Below, one piece after another: positions 61,401 through 64,000 of a stretch of 64,000 nt of DNA (position 1 is its first letter; every line of letters starts with the position of its first letter). The notes beneath the pieces were generated by a model. It did no database searches, was not told the DNA's origin, and saw only the letters and a program-made list of their open reading frames with translations. The position numbers and the translations under genes were made by a program. The DNA comes from an uncultured delta proteobacterium (GTDB lineage: Bacteria; Desulfobacterota; Syntrophia; Syntrophales; UBA2185): the NCBI GenBank assembly GCA_963695875.1, contig CAVOID010000007.1, positions 110,877 through 174,876 on the forward strand, given 5' to 3'.

Positions 61401-62502
61401 AAAAGATTTTATTGAAAAAAGGAGAGAAGGTCGAAAAGGATGTCCTGGAGAAGATACCTTTTAGCTTATGGAAGGAAATGTCGCTTGCTGGTGAGGAGGC
61501 TGCGGAGGAAAAAATAAACTCACTGATTGCAAATTATGAGAGAAAAAAAGAGATTGTTGAGAAATATTTTGAGGAGAAAATCGACAAACTGAAGGCGGGT
61601 GATGAGCTTCCCCCTGGTGTGATAAAAATGGTAAAAGTCTATATTGCAATCAAAAGAGGGCTTTCCGTCGGTGATAAGATGGCTGGACGTCACGGTAACA
61701 AGGGAGTATTATCGAGGATACTTCCGGAAGAAGATATGCCATATTTTAAGGACGGAACACCGGTTGATATCATTTTGAATCCTCTGGGGGTTCCTTCACG
61801 AATGAATGTCGGGCAGATTCTGGAGACACATTTAGGATGGGCAGCGAAGGGTTTAGGCGAGAAGATCAATGCTATGTTAGAAAAACAATACAGTGCCGAT
61901 CGGTTAAAGAGAGAATTAAAAAAGCTTATTCTTCCCCCGAATTTGGCAGCTTTATCGATGGCATGTCTGAGGATAAGCTTAAAGCATTTATAAGAAAATT
62001 GAAAAGGGGTATCTTAGTATCGACACCTGTGTTTAATGGTGCAGATGAAAGTGAAATCAGGGATATGCTAAAAGGGGTAGATCTTCCGGAAAATGGGCAG
62101 ACTATTCTTTTTGACGGGCGAACCGGTGAACCTTTTGATCAGGAGGTCACGGTAGGAATGATTTATATGTTGAAGCTCCACCATCTTGTTGATGATAAGA
62201 TTCACGCAAGGTCTATAGGGCCTTATTCTTTAGTGACGCAACAACCTCTTGGTGGAAAAGCACAATTTGGTGGCCAGAGGCTTGGTGAAATGGAAGTATG
62301 GGCAATGGAGGCTTACGGCGCCGCATACTCGCTACAGGAGTTCCTAACAGTTAAGTCCGATGATGTGGCTGGTAGAACAAGGATATACGAAGCTATAGTA
62401 AAGGGCGAGCATACATTTGAACCAGGGCTACCGGAGTCTTTCAATGTTCTTGTCAAAGAGTTACAGAGTCTTTGTCTTGATGTGGAATTGATTGAAGACT
62501 AG
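58414..62502 (+). CDS. rpoB: RNA polymerase beta subunit (frameshifts near 58575 and 61925)
   Basis: MSEFRKNFG start by hand translation, [36 protein letters not shown]. Confidence 0.97.
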
Positions 62503-62514
62503 TAACAAAATACC

Positions 62515-62546
62515 ACTCAACTTAAACGGCTTGTTAAATTGAGTGG
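62515..62546. other. Hairpin in the rpoB-rpoC spacer
   Basis: ccactcaa ... ttgagtgg inverted repeat. Confidence 0.4.
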
Positions 62547-62670
62547 AAAATCTTAAATCCAATTGATCAAAACGTTTAGCATTTCGATATTTGAATTTGT
62601 TTAGGATTTAGTGCTTATTTTAGAATTTGGGATTATCTATTGTAAACCCATTTAAGAGCAGGAGAAATAA

Positions 62671-64000
<1,330 letters not shown>

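Noticed and set aside
58414..62502. Split rpoB or programmed frameshifting in rpoB, pgk, pyrF
   Set aside because: Breaks lie in homopolymer runs (ttttt, aaaaa) and occur window-wide, consistent with sequencing error.

Overview
64-kb chromosomal window from an anaerobic deltaproteobacterium (Desulfobacterota, possibly Syntrophales; inferred from gene content and order only). Many genes, including essential ones (pgk, pyrF, rpoB), are split by single-base indels, most likely long-read assembly errors. Left to right: pgk; flavodiiron protein; a zraP / zraS-zraR-like sigma54 locus; leuB; HD protein; fbp-fba; MltB-like transglycosylase; amidohydrolase; an L-Ara4N (arn) operon with split ArnA; a B12-dependent radical SAM gene divergent from an OmpR-type two-component system; an 834-aa membrane protein with a divergent protein-kinase-like domain; a small AT-rich accessory patch (truncated DNA methyltransferase, PD-(D/E)XK-like nuclease, ParD/ParE-like toxin-antitoxin pair, UPF0158); a membrane-bound group 1b [NiFe]-hydrogenase with protease/hypA/hypC/hypB; a MoxR-VWA pair; housekeeping genes (rimO, ftsK, plsC, rfaE1, yicC, gmk, rpoZ, pyrF, rlmB, pilC); tRNA-Pro; a cysteine synthase-CysRS fusion with a non-canonical synthetase active site followed by MEMO/AMMECR1 genes; and the tRNA-rpmG-secE-nusG-rplKAJL-rpoBC cluster, which lacks tuf. 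Intergenic regions carry several families of short palindromic repeats. The best novelty candidates are the kinase-like membrane protein with its B12-radical-SAM/two-component neighbours and the CysM-CysRS-like fusion with amrB/amrA.
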